This document shows positions 56,866 to 64,000 of a stretch of DNA of 64,000 nucleotides, piece by piece. Position 1 is the first letter of the stretch, and the number at the start of each line of letters is the position of its first letter. The notes under the pieces are model-generated. The model was not told the origin of the DNA, made no database searches, and was given only the letters and a program-made list of their open reading frames with translations. Both the position numbers and the translations under genes were made by a program. The DNA comes from an uncultured Saprospirales bacterium (GTDB lineage Bacteria; Bacteroidota; Bacteroidia; Chitinophagales; Saprospiraceae), in contig CALAZP010000190.1 of NCBI GenBank assembly GCA_937926355.1, positions 40 to 64,039 of the forward strand, in the 5' to 3' direction.

Positions 56866-56896
56866 AAAGCTCGATCACTAAAGATTGAGCTTTTTT
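56866..56896 (+). terminator. Rho-independent terminator
   Basis: AAAGCTCGAT-loop-ATTGAGCTTT (one G-U pair) followed by TTT. Confidence 0.6.
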
Positions 56897-56899
56897 ATT

Positions 56900-57115
56900 A
56901 TGTCAAGGGAAAAAGAAATATTCGAAAGATTCGCAATTGAGATTGCACAAGAAATCATTAAGAAGGAAGAAAATCCAGACTATGAAATAATTCTGGATAG
57001 AAAGTCTGTTATAGGTAAACTTTCATCTATCATGGGACAAGAATATCCAGAAACAGCCTCTCAGTTTGATAAGAGAATAAATGATCACCTAAAAAGATTA
57101 AGGAGAAATCTATAA
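56900..57115 (+). CDS. Hypothetical protein, 71 aa
   Basis: Start moved to the ATG at 56900; the listed TTG at 56885 lies inside the terminator stem. Confidence 0.45.
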   Translation: MSREKEIFERFAIEIAQEIIKKEENPDYEIILDRKSVIGKLSSIMGQEYPETASQFDKRINDHLKRLRRNL

Positions 57116-57501
57116 TGGAAAGGCTTATACAGGAAGATTACTTAGATAGCCCTTGGAAGATGACCGTAATATGTATACTGCTAAACCAAACCACTAACCA
57201 GCAGGTAAGAAAAATTTTAGATTCCCTTTTTGATCTAATACAATCCCCAGAGAAATGCTCTGGATTGAACCCAGACCAGATCTATCCAGTAATTAAAGGA
57301 ACTGGCTTTGGAAACGTAAAATCTAGGAGGATAATCTCTATGAGTCAAAAATGGATCGACGGATTTAAAGACGTCCAAGAATTACCCGGGGTTGGAAAAT
57401 ACGCAAAGGAGTCCTGGGAAATTTTTGTGAATGGAAAAACAAATTTTACTCCAAGTGACAAAAAATTAAGGATGTACCTAGAGGGATTGAATAGTCTCTA
57501 A
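57115..57501 (+). CDS. HhH-GPD DNA glycosylase, MBD4 glycosylase-domain-like
   Basis: ICILLNQTTNQQV, ELPGVGKYAKESWEIF (HhH, compare MBD4 GIGKYGNDSYRIF), downstream PSDKKL candidate catalytic Asp. Confidence 0.6.
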   Translation: MERLIQEDYLDSPWKMTVICILLNQTTNQQVRKILDSLFDLIQSPEKCSGLNPDQIYPVIKGTGFGNVKSRRIISMSQKWIDGFKDVQELPGVGKYAKESWEIFVNGKTNFTPSDKKLRMYLEGLNSL

Positions 57502-58170
57502 TAGAGCTGGATGTGGTGGACAGCTCAATCTATCAATTCTTACATTGCTATGAGACCAAAGACCTTGACCCCCTAATAAAGCATTTTCTGACAGTTCAAA
57601 TCCACCAAAATCACCAAACTTCAGGATTTCTTTCTGAAGACCTCTTTTAAGATCTATTTCATATTTTTCGCTAAGGTATTTAAGTAAACCCTTTAGTGAT
57701 TCTATTTGAGCTTTTGAATAACTATGAAAATACTTACTGCCCCTGAAAGGTGATTCAAGCTCTGTAACTTGATTTTTACTTATCTTAACGTGACTTGATG
57801 TATAGAAATCTCCATCCTCTGTTTTTATAAGAGGACCGTAGTTACATATGTCGATGCCTATACTCTTTTGGTTTAGGAAGGTGTTATTTTTTGCTTTTAT
57901 GAATAGATGGTGTGACCACATAGATTCGTCAAAAGCTCTATAAACTACCCCATCATACTTTTTATCTTTCCCGTCTGGAGATATACCACCAATTACAAAT
58001 GCACTAGAGGATCTTATTTTGTTGGTAGAATTTTTCCTGTCTCTTCCCCGGTATTCAATCAGCCAATCGGGCCTATAATGTCCAGACGAATCCCTTAGGA
58101 AAATGGAATCCTTCGGGTGTGGTTGTTGATAATATGCACTTTCGGAAAGTGGATGATCAATATATTCCAA
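57478..58170 (-). CDS. Peptidoglycan amidase (Amidase_2/PGRP fold) endolysin
   Basis: SHHLFIKAKN..NQKSIGIDICNYG and LWSHSNV...RLSCPP (His/Cys Zn ligands). The first Zn-ligand position is ambiguous (IFLRDSSGH). Confidence 0.6.
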   Translation of the reverse strand: MEYIDHPLSESAYYQQPHPKDSIFLRDSSGHYRPDWLIEYRGRDRKNSTNKIRSSSAFVIGGISPDGKDKKYDGVVYRAFDESMWSHHLFIKAKNNTFLNQKSIGIDICNYGPLIKTEDGDFYTSSHVKISKNQVTELESPFRGSKYFHSYSKAQIESLKGLLKYLSEKYEIDLKRGLQKEILKFGDFGGFELSENALLGGQGLWSHSNVRIDRLSCPPHPALLETIQSL

Positions 58171-58180
58171 TCCTTGATAC

Positions 58181-58507
58181 TTATTTTTCTTCGGAGGTTT
58201 TGGCTGTTGGTGAAAGTTCCTCGTGTATTCTCTTTTTCAAATACTTGATAACATCCTTAGGTGCCTCTCCATTTTTAACCATATTCGTGAATTCCTCCTC
58301 CTCTGCTAACGTATCTAAATAGTTGTAAAGATCCGTACTTTGAAACATTGAATCCACTACCTGTGGGGTTTGTGTATAAGCGGGCCTATAGTTTCTTGAG
58401 TTAACATTATCCTTGTACCATTCACCAGGAACAACCACACTACCAGGTGCTGCTGAAATGTAATATTCATTAAGGAAATTCTCGAAACTTTTGATCCTGC
58501 TATCCAT
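58181..58507 (-). CDS. Hypothetical protein with leader MDSRIKSFENFLNE
   Basis: Start moved to Met13 of the listed ORF, because the octamer (58518-58525) lies inside the longer version. Leader is paralogous to 49589 and 53381. Confidence 0.5.
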   Translation of the reverse strand: MDSRIKSFENFLNEYYISAAPGSVVVPGEWYKDNVNSRNYRPAYTQTPQVVDSMFQSTDLYNYLDTLAEEEEFTNMVKNGEAPKDVIKYLKKRIHEELSPTAKTSEEK

Positions 58508-58517
58508 AAGTATGTTG

Positions 58518-58525
58518 TATATATC
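58518..58525 (-). promoter_or_regulatory. Octamer GATATATA on the minus strand (candidate promoter element)
   Basis: Minus strand reads aaaGATATATAcaac; 10 nt upstream of the ATG at 58507. Extended match to the 4007 copy (GATATATACAAC). Confidence 0.45.
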
Positions 58526-58567
58526 TTTAGCGATTTCCGCCAAAGGTGTAATCTCAAATTTTATTCC

Positions 58568-59980
58568 ATGATAGTAGACATTGAAAACAAAGGGACTTAT
58601 TTAAAAGTATCGTCTTTCTCCGAGGAGGGCGATTTAATTTTTGTAGATGTTCCTGTCCCAGAGGAGGAAAGGTTTATCTGGGAAAAATGCTCACCTTCGG
58701 ATAGAAGAAGGGCATCTGATTGGGAGTCTTGGGATGGAATGCCGGTTAGAAAAGTGAAGACCCAGAAGTATGACAAATACCGAATGGTTCAAATCTTGGA
58801 AGAAGCAGACCCAGAGCTTACTAAATCTCTTTGGGATTTCCAAATCCCGAAAAAGTACTTTGTGGATATTGAGGTTGAGATGACCGATGAGATGGGAGAT
58901 TCCCTAGATACCTCTAATGCCAAGAACAAGGTGCTTTCTATCGGTATTGCAACAGATAGGTGTAAATCAATAATTCTAGGGCTTGATCCACTTTCAGCCG
59001 AGGAGCAAGCGGACATTTACAAAAAGACCAACGAGTATCTTGAACCGATGGGTGATGAATGGTCTTTTAAATATCACCAGTTTGAATCTGAGTATGATAT
59101 GCTTTATACCTTCTTTAAGAAGTTGGCCCCTAAAATGCCATTGATAACTGGGTGGAACTGGTTTGGGTATGACTGGCCATATTTGGTGAATAGAGCTAAG
59201 AGACTTGGTATCGATCCAAAGGTAATTTCACCAGCTAACTGGCTTATTGGAAAGAACAATCTTCCTATGCATTTGCTAATGGTCGATTATCTTGAGATCT
59301 ATAAAAAATGGGATCGGACAATTAAGATCAAGGAGAGCAATAGATTAGACTATGTTGCAGAGAAGGCTACAGGGTTAAAGAAGATTGTATATGACGGATC
59401 TCTAAGGGACCTCTACCAGTCTGATTTCCCTAAGTTTATCCTTTACAACGTAATTGACTGTGCCCTGGTTCACTATATAGATGTTAAGTTAAAAACCCTC
59501 CTAACTTATTTCAAGATAGCTAATTTAAACAGGGTTGAAATCAGTAGGGCGCTTTCACCCGTATGGGCAACAGAGGTCATGATGCTCAAAAAGTTTTTGG
59601 AGAGGAATCAGGTCTTTGTCAATGAGAGGAAAGAAGAAAGCCATGTCAAATTCATTGGTGGGTATGTCAAAGAGCCTATCAAGGGACTTCACGAATGGGT
59701 TGCTTGTTATGACTTTGCTTCCCTATACCCAAACACCATTGTGCAATGGGGTATTTCTCCTGAGGTTTATAAAGGTAAGCTAGGAAGGGATATATCTGAA
59801 GCCAAAGAGGGATGGGTGAAAACATCCTCTACCGCACTCTTTGGTGGAGACGACGAAAGTCCAATTCTGAAGACAATAATTAAGGACTTATACTCAAAGA
59901 GGAAAGCAACAAAAAAGAGAATGCTTGAGTTGCAGATAGAAATTGACGGGTTGGAGAAACAATTGAAAAAATTAACATAG
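58568..59980 (+). CDS. gp43: Family-B DNA polymerase, N-terminal part (exonuclease domain, motif A and first fingers helix), T4 gp43-like; split gene
   Basis: ExoI FVDIEVE, ExoII ITGWNWFGYDWPYLVNRA, ExoIII YNVIDCALV, motif A YDFASLYPNTI. Stop about 50 aa later; no KxxxNSxYG or YGDTDS motif. Confidence 0.85.
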   Translation: MIVDIENKGTYLKVSSFSEEGDLIFVDVPVPEEERFIWEKCSPSDRRRASDWESWDGMPVRKVKTQKYDKYRMVQILEEADPELTKSLWDFQIPKKYFVDIEVEMTDEMGDSLDTSNAKNKVLSIGIATDRCKSIILGLDPLSAEEQADIYKKTNEYLEPMGDEWSFKYHQFESEYDMLYTFFKKLAPKMPLITGWNWFGYDWPYLVNRAKRLGIDPKVISPANWLIGKNNLPMHLLMVDYLEIYKKWDRTIKIKESNRLDYVAEKATGLKKIVYDGSLRDLYQSDFPKFILYNVIDCALVHYIDVKLKTLLTYFKIANLNRVEISRALSPVWATEVMMLKKFLERNQVFVNERKEESHVKFIGGYVKEPIKGLHEWVACYDFASLYPNTIVQWGISPEVYKGKLGRDISEAKEGWVKTSSTALFGGDDESPILKTIIKDLYSKRKATKKRMLELQIEIDGLEKQLKKLT

Positions 59981-60017
59981 AATTTTCCTAAAATCACCGC
60001 ACTTTAGGGACCCACTT

Positions 60018-60025
60018 GATATATA
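60018..60025 (+). promoter_or_regulatory. Intergenic octamer GATATATA (candidate promoter element)
   Basis: Context cacttGATATATAaaaa; 51 nt upstream of the ATG at 60077. Confidence 0.45.
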
Positions 60026-60076
60026 AAAAACCTAGAGACGGGAAGGGATTTTAAAAACTATTGCAAACAAACAAAT

Positions 60077-60544
60077 ATGGCAAATACAGACAATCAATGT
60101 TCAGACCTACAGATCAAAAATCTTTATCCCGAATCTAAAGATACTCTAGGTGACATTTTAAATCTTCAGGCAGAAACCCAGAGGAATGTTTACGGCTACA
60201 ACTTCGATGAAATGTCTCTAAGGGACCTAATGGAGTTTTGGCACATGAACAACCACGCACTGATCGACGAAATCCACGAAGCAACCGACGCACTAGGTGG
60301 CATCAAGGACGGCAACGGAAACGCTATATGGAAGAGATGGAAAAGTGCATACTCTACATATTCAGACAAATGTTTTTCCGATTTATCCGAATCCGACAAA
60401 ATGGAATGCAAGTTTGAGATTATAGATATGCTACATTTCTTCATGAACTATGCAGCTTCCATTGGAATGACTTCCCAAGAAATGTACAACATGTACATGA
60501 GCAAGAACGAGGAAAATCGTCGAAGACAGGCAAACAATTACTAA
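60077..60544 (+). CDS. All-alpha NTP pyrophosphohydrolase (MazG / dimeric dUTPase / T4 gp56 dCTPase-dUTPase class)
   Basis: IDEIHEATDAL (ExxE), IWKRWKSAY, KFEIIDMLHF (ExxD), C-terminal KNEENRRRQ. Confidence 0.65.
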   Translation: MANTDNQCSDLQIKNLYPESKDTLGDILNLQAETQRNVYGYNFDEMSLRDLMEFWHMNNHALIDEIHEATDALGGIKDGNGNAIWKRWKSAYSTYSDKCFSDLSESDKMECKFEIIDMLHFFMNYAASIGMTSQEMYNMYMSKNEENRRRQANNY

Positions 60545-60569
60545 ACTAAAAAAAACAAAGTATTAAATT

Positions 60570-61553
60570 ATGAAGGAGGACTATTCGCTACCGGAACCGA
60601 TTTTACAAGAAAATCCCAACAGATTCGTTATTTTTCCCATACAGCATCAAGAGATTTGGAAGATGTATAAGAATCAGGAAGCTTGTATCTGGACAGCAGA
60701 AGAGATTGACCTTTCGGCAGATATCGACGATTGGAGAAATAAGTTAAATGATAGTGAAAGACACTTTATTAAGCACGTGTTGGCATTCTTTGCTGCTTCG
60801 GACGGTATTGTGAATGAGAACTTAGCTGAAAACTTCGTCAGAGAGGTTCAATATTCGGAAGCTAAATTCTTTTATGGATTTCAAATTATGATGGAGAATA
60901 TCCACTCTGAAACCTACTCCCTCTTAATTGATACTTATATTTCGGATCCTGCTGAGAAAAATGTGCTTTTCAATGCAATTGAAACCATCCCAGCGGTGAA
61001 GAAAAAAGCCGAATGGGCTTTAAAATGGGTTGAATCTGAGCATTTCCAAGAGAGACTAGTTGCCTTCGCTGCAGTTGAGGGTATATTCTTCTCCGGCTCT
61101 TTTTGTTCAATCTTCTGGCTTAAAAAGCGTGGATTAATGCCAGGCTTAAGCTTCTCGAATGAACTTATTTCAAGAGACGAAGGGATGCACTGTGATTTTG
61201 CAGTTCTTTTGCATAATAATTATCTTGCTAACAAGGTTTCTGAAGAAAGAATTAGGGAAATCATTCTCAGTGCACTTGAGATTGAAAAAGAATTTATTAC
61301 AGAATCTTTGCCTGTTAAGCTAATTGGTATGAATCAAGATCTTATGAAGCAATATCTAGAGTTTGTTGCTGACAGATTGCTAGTAGATCTTGGATGTTCA
61401 AAGGTTTTCAATGCAGAAAATCCATTCGACTTTATGGCAAATATTTCTTTGCAAGGTAAAACTAACTTCTTTGAAAAAAGAGTTGGTGAATACCAAAAAG
61501 CAGGAGTGAAGAATTCCTCCGAAAATACGTTCGATATGGACGTAGACTTCTAA
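60570..61553 (+). CDS. nrdB: Ribonucleotide reductase class Ia small subunit
   Basis: [64 protein letters not shown]. Confidence 0.95.
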   Translation: MKEDYSLPEPILQENPNRFVIFPIQHQEIWKMYKNQEACIWTAEEIDLSADIDDWRNKLNDSERHFIKHVLAFFAASDGIVNENLAENFVREVQYSEAKFFYGFQIMMENIHSETYSLLIDTYISDPAEKNVLFNAIETIPAVKKKAEWALKWVESEHFQERLVAFAAVEGIFFSGSFCSIFWLKKRGLMPGLSFSNELISRDEGMHCDFAVLLHNNYLANKVSEERIREIILSALEIEKEFITESLPVKLIGMNQDLMKQYLEFVADRLLVDLGCSKVFNAENPFDFMANISLQGKTNFFEKRVGEYQKAGVKNSSENTFDMDVDF

Positions 61554-61569
61554 AAAAATAAAAGCAAGC

Positions 61570-64000
61570 ATGTACGTAACTAAGAGGGACGGATCCAAAG
61601 AAGCGGTAAGATTTGATAAGGTTTCTAATCGCGTAAAAAAGATGACTTATGGCCTAAACAACGACTTTGTTGATTGGGTGGGTATTTCACAAAAGGTAAT
61701 CGCTGGAATATATGATGGCATTTCAACGGGAGAATTAGACAACCTAGCTGCTGAAACTGCAGCATCACTTATTCCAAGCCATCCAGATTATTCCATTCTG
61801 GCAGCAAGGATTGCCATTTCTAGATTGCACAAATCAACAAAGAAGAAATTTTCTGAGACCGTTGAGGATTTATATTCCTATATTGATCCTGAAACTAATA
61901 AGCCTGCAGGACTTATTGGAGATGAAACCTATGAGGTCGTAATGAAGAATAAGAACAAATTTGATTCTGCCATTATACATGATAGGGATTTCAACTTTGA
62001 ATATTTTGGATTCAAAACCCTTGAAAAAAGTTACCTCCTTAAAATGCATGGGATTCCAGCAGAAACCCCACAACACATGTACATGCGTGTTGCCGTAGGT
62101 ATCTGGGGAGATGATATTAAAAATGCTCTCAAAACATATGAGCTTCTCTCAACTCATATGATGACACATGCAACTCCAACCCTATTTAATTCTGGTACTA
62201 AAAAACCACAGCTATCTTCCTGTTTCCTTTTAACTATGCAGGAAGATTCTATCCCTGGAATCTACAAGACTCTTTCTGATGTTGCGATGATTTCTCAGAA
62301 TGCTGGTGGTATTGGTCTTGCTATCCACAACGTAAGATCAACGGGTTCTTATATCAGGGGTACAAACGGGAAATCCAATGGTATTGTACCAATGCTTAAA
62401 GTATTCAACGAAACTGCTAGATACGTTGATCAAGGTGGTGGTAAAAGAAAGGGATCCTTTGCTATCTATTTAGAACCATGGCACGCCGACGTTGAGGATT
62501 TCTTAGATCTGAGAAAGAACACAGGTAAGGAAGAAAGAAGAGCCAGAGACCTGTTCCTTGCTCTTTGGGTTTCTGACCTTTTCATGGAAAGGGTAGAAAA
62601 AGATGAAATGTGGTCTTTATTCTCTCCCTCTGAGGTACCTGGACTTCATGAAGTTTATGGGCAGAAGTTCAATGAAATGTACATAGCAGCTGAAGAGGCT
62701 GGGAAGGCAAAGAAAACCATTAAAGCGAGAGAACTCTGGGGAAAGATTATCGAGTCTCAAATTGAAACCGGAACACCCTACATCCTTTATAAAGACTCTG
62801 CTAATAGAAAGTCAAACCAGCAGAATTTAGGGACCATCAAATCTTCGAATTTATGCTGTGAGATCATTGAATACACAGACAGGGACGAACAAGCAGTTTG
62901 TAACTTGGCCTCTATCCCAGTTAACAAGTTCCTAAAGTCTACTGATGCAAGAACATCGAAGATAACTAGGGGTAAGTGTGAGGTCGATCATGATTATCTA
63001 TATGAAGTAGCATACCAAACTGCTGTAAACTTGAATAAAGTAATTGATGTAAATTTCTATCCTACTGTTGGGACCAGGAGGTCCAATATGAGACACCGCC
63101 CAATTGGTATTGGAATTCAGGGATTGGCTGATCTTTATGCAATGATGGGTATTCCATTTACATCTGACGAGGCAAGAAAAATTAACTCAGAATTATTTGA
63201 GACAATTTATTTTGCATCGATGACAGCTTCTAAAGATCTTGCTAAGAAATTTGGAGCTTATGAAACGTTTGAAGGCTCTCCATTAAGCGAGGGTAAATTC
63301 CAATATAACTTATGGCAGGTAAACGACGAGGATCTTTCTGGAAGATGGGATTGGAAAAAACTTAGGAAGGATGTTATGAAGCATGGAGTTAGAAACTCTC
63401 TTCTTCTTGCGCCTATGCCAACAGCTTCAACAGCTCAAATTATGGGTAACAACGAAGCATTTGAACCTTTTACCTCTAATATTTACACTAGAAGGACTCT
63501 AAGTGGCGAGTATGTTATAATCAATAAGCACCTAATTTCTGATCTGATTTCTCTCGGACTTTGGAATGAGGATATGAAGAATATGATCATTATCCATAAA
63601 GGCTCTGTACAGAATATTCCAAACATCCCTGATGACATCAAGGAGATCTATAAAACAGTTTGGGAGATCAAGCAGAAGGATCTCATCGAAATGTCTGCTG
63701 ACCGTGGTAAATTCATTTGCCAATCACAATCTCTAAACCTGTTTATAGAAGGAGTAAATGCTGCTAAACTTACTGCAGCACACTTCCATTCTTGGAAACT
63801 AGGACTTAAAACTGGAATGTACTACCTAAGAACAAAAGCTGCTGTGGATGCCCTTTCTGGCCTTGGTATAGATACGAGCAAATACAAAAAAGTCGAGGAG
63901 AACCCAACTCCAAAGGCAATTATGGTTGAGAAGAAAAATGTTGCTGCAAATGAAGACCTAAAAGCCCTGGCAGAACAAACTATGAACGATCTTTCTTGTA
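61570..64000 (+). CDS. nrdA: Ribonucleotide reductase class Ia large subunit (3' end beyond the window)
   Basis: My translation: [22 protein letters not shown] (ATP-cone), [49 protein letters not shown]. Frame is open to the window end; not in the ORF track. Confidence 0.95.
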   Translation, partial: MYVTKRDGSKEAVRFDKVSNRVKKMTYGLNNDFVDWVGISQKVIAGIYDGISTGELDNLAAETAASLIPSHPDYSILAARIAISRLHKSTKKKFSETVEDLYSYIDPETNKPAGLIGDETYEVVMKNKNKFDSAIIHDRDFNFEYFGFKTLEKSYLLKMHGIPAETPQHMYMRVAVGIWGDDIKNALKTYELLSTHMMTHATPTLFNSGTKKPQLSSCFLLTMQEDSIPGIYKTLSDVAMISQNAGGIGLAIHNVRSTGSYIRGTNGKSNGIVPMLKVFNETARYVDQGGGKRKGSFAIYLEPWHADVEDFLDLRKNTGKEERRARDLFLALWVSDLFMERVEKDEMWSLFSPSEVPGLHEVYGQKFNEMYIAAEEAGKAKKTIKARELWGKIIESQIETGTPYILYKDSANRKSNQQNLGTIKSSNLCCEIIEYTDRDEQAVCNLASIPVNKFLKSTDARTSKITRGKCEVDHDYLYEVAYQTAVNLNKVIDVNFYPTVGTRRSNMRHRPIGIGIQGLADLYAMMGIPFTSDEARKINSELFETIYFASMTASKDLAKKFGAYETFEGSPLSEGKFQYNLWQVNDEDLSGRWDWKKLRKDVMKHGVRNSLLLAPMPTASTAQIMGNNEAFEPFTSNIYTRRTLSGEYVIINKHLISDLISLGLWNEDMKNMIIIHKGSVQNIPNIPDDIKEIYKTVWEIKQKDLIEMSADRGKFICQSQSLNLFIEGVNAAKLTAAHFHSWKLGLKTGMYYLRTKAAVDALSGLGIDTSKYKKVEENPTPKAIMVEKKNVAANEDLKALAEQTMNDLSC

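Noticed and set aside
1-64000. tRNA genes, CRISPR arrays, integrase/transposase genes, a diversity-generating retroelement
   Set aside because: No non-coding gap exceeds about 260 nt. There are no repeat-spacer arrays, no reverse transcriptase or recombinase motifs, and no TR/VR-type duplicated segment near the fibre genes.

Overview
Gene-dense (>95% coding), low-GC segment of a large T4-like tailed phage (myovirus type). There are no rRNA or tRNA genes, CRISPR arrays or transposases. About 1-40.4 kb is a plus-strand virion module. It holds an OB-fold/HxH central spike, gp25-like and gpJ/gp6-like wedge proteins, very large fibre/baseplate proteins (1343, 1220, 1184, 1842 aa), PKD, beta-propeller and CBM-like domains, and two collagen-like fibre paralogs. 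This module is interrupted only by an inverted phoH cassette. About 40.4-64 kb is an early/middle region. It holds a RuvC-like resolvase, a six-gene sugar/phosphoester island built around a RuBisCO-like protein, and T4-type replication and recombination genes (gp32-like SSB, gp61-like primase, UvsY-like, UvsW-like). It also holds a Pol-beta-type nucleotidyltransferase, a ligase-NMNAT fusion, a small histone-H1-like gene missed by the ORF track, Hsp20, an MBD4-like glycosylase and an amidase endolysin. The region ends with the N-terminal half of a split family-B DNA polymerase, a MazG/gp56-class NTP pyrophosphatase, and NrdB/NrdA (NrdA runs off the window). A-rich leaders without Shine-Dalgarno sequences, the histone-H1-like gene and Reg_prop-like repeats point to a Bacteroidota (Flavobacteriia-like) host; this is inference. 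The most interesting signals are: (1) the phage RuBisCO-like protein island, co-transcribed with recombination/replication genes; (2) a recurrent N-terminal leader (MD.RIKSF..FLNE) resembling the T4 capsid-targeting sequence; (3) the ligase-NMNAT fusion; (4) the split polymerase; (5) an S1-repeat protein inside the baseplate module; (6) an octamer, GATATATA, found by eye only in intergenic spacers. All family assignments come from motif recognition by eye; no database search was run.
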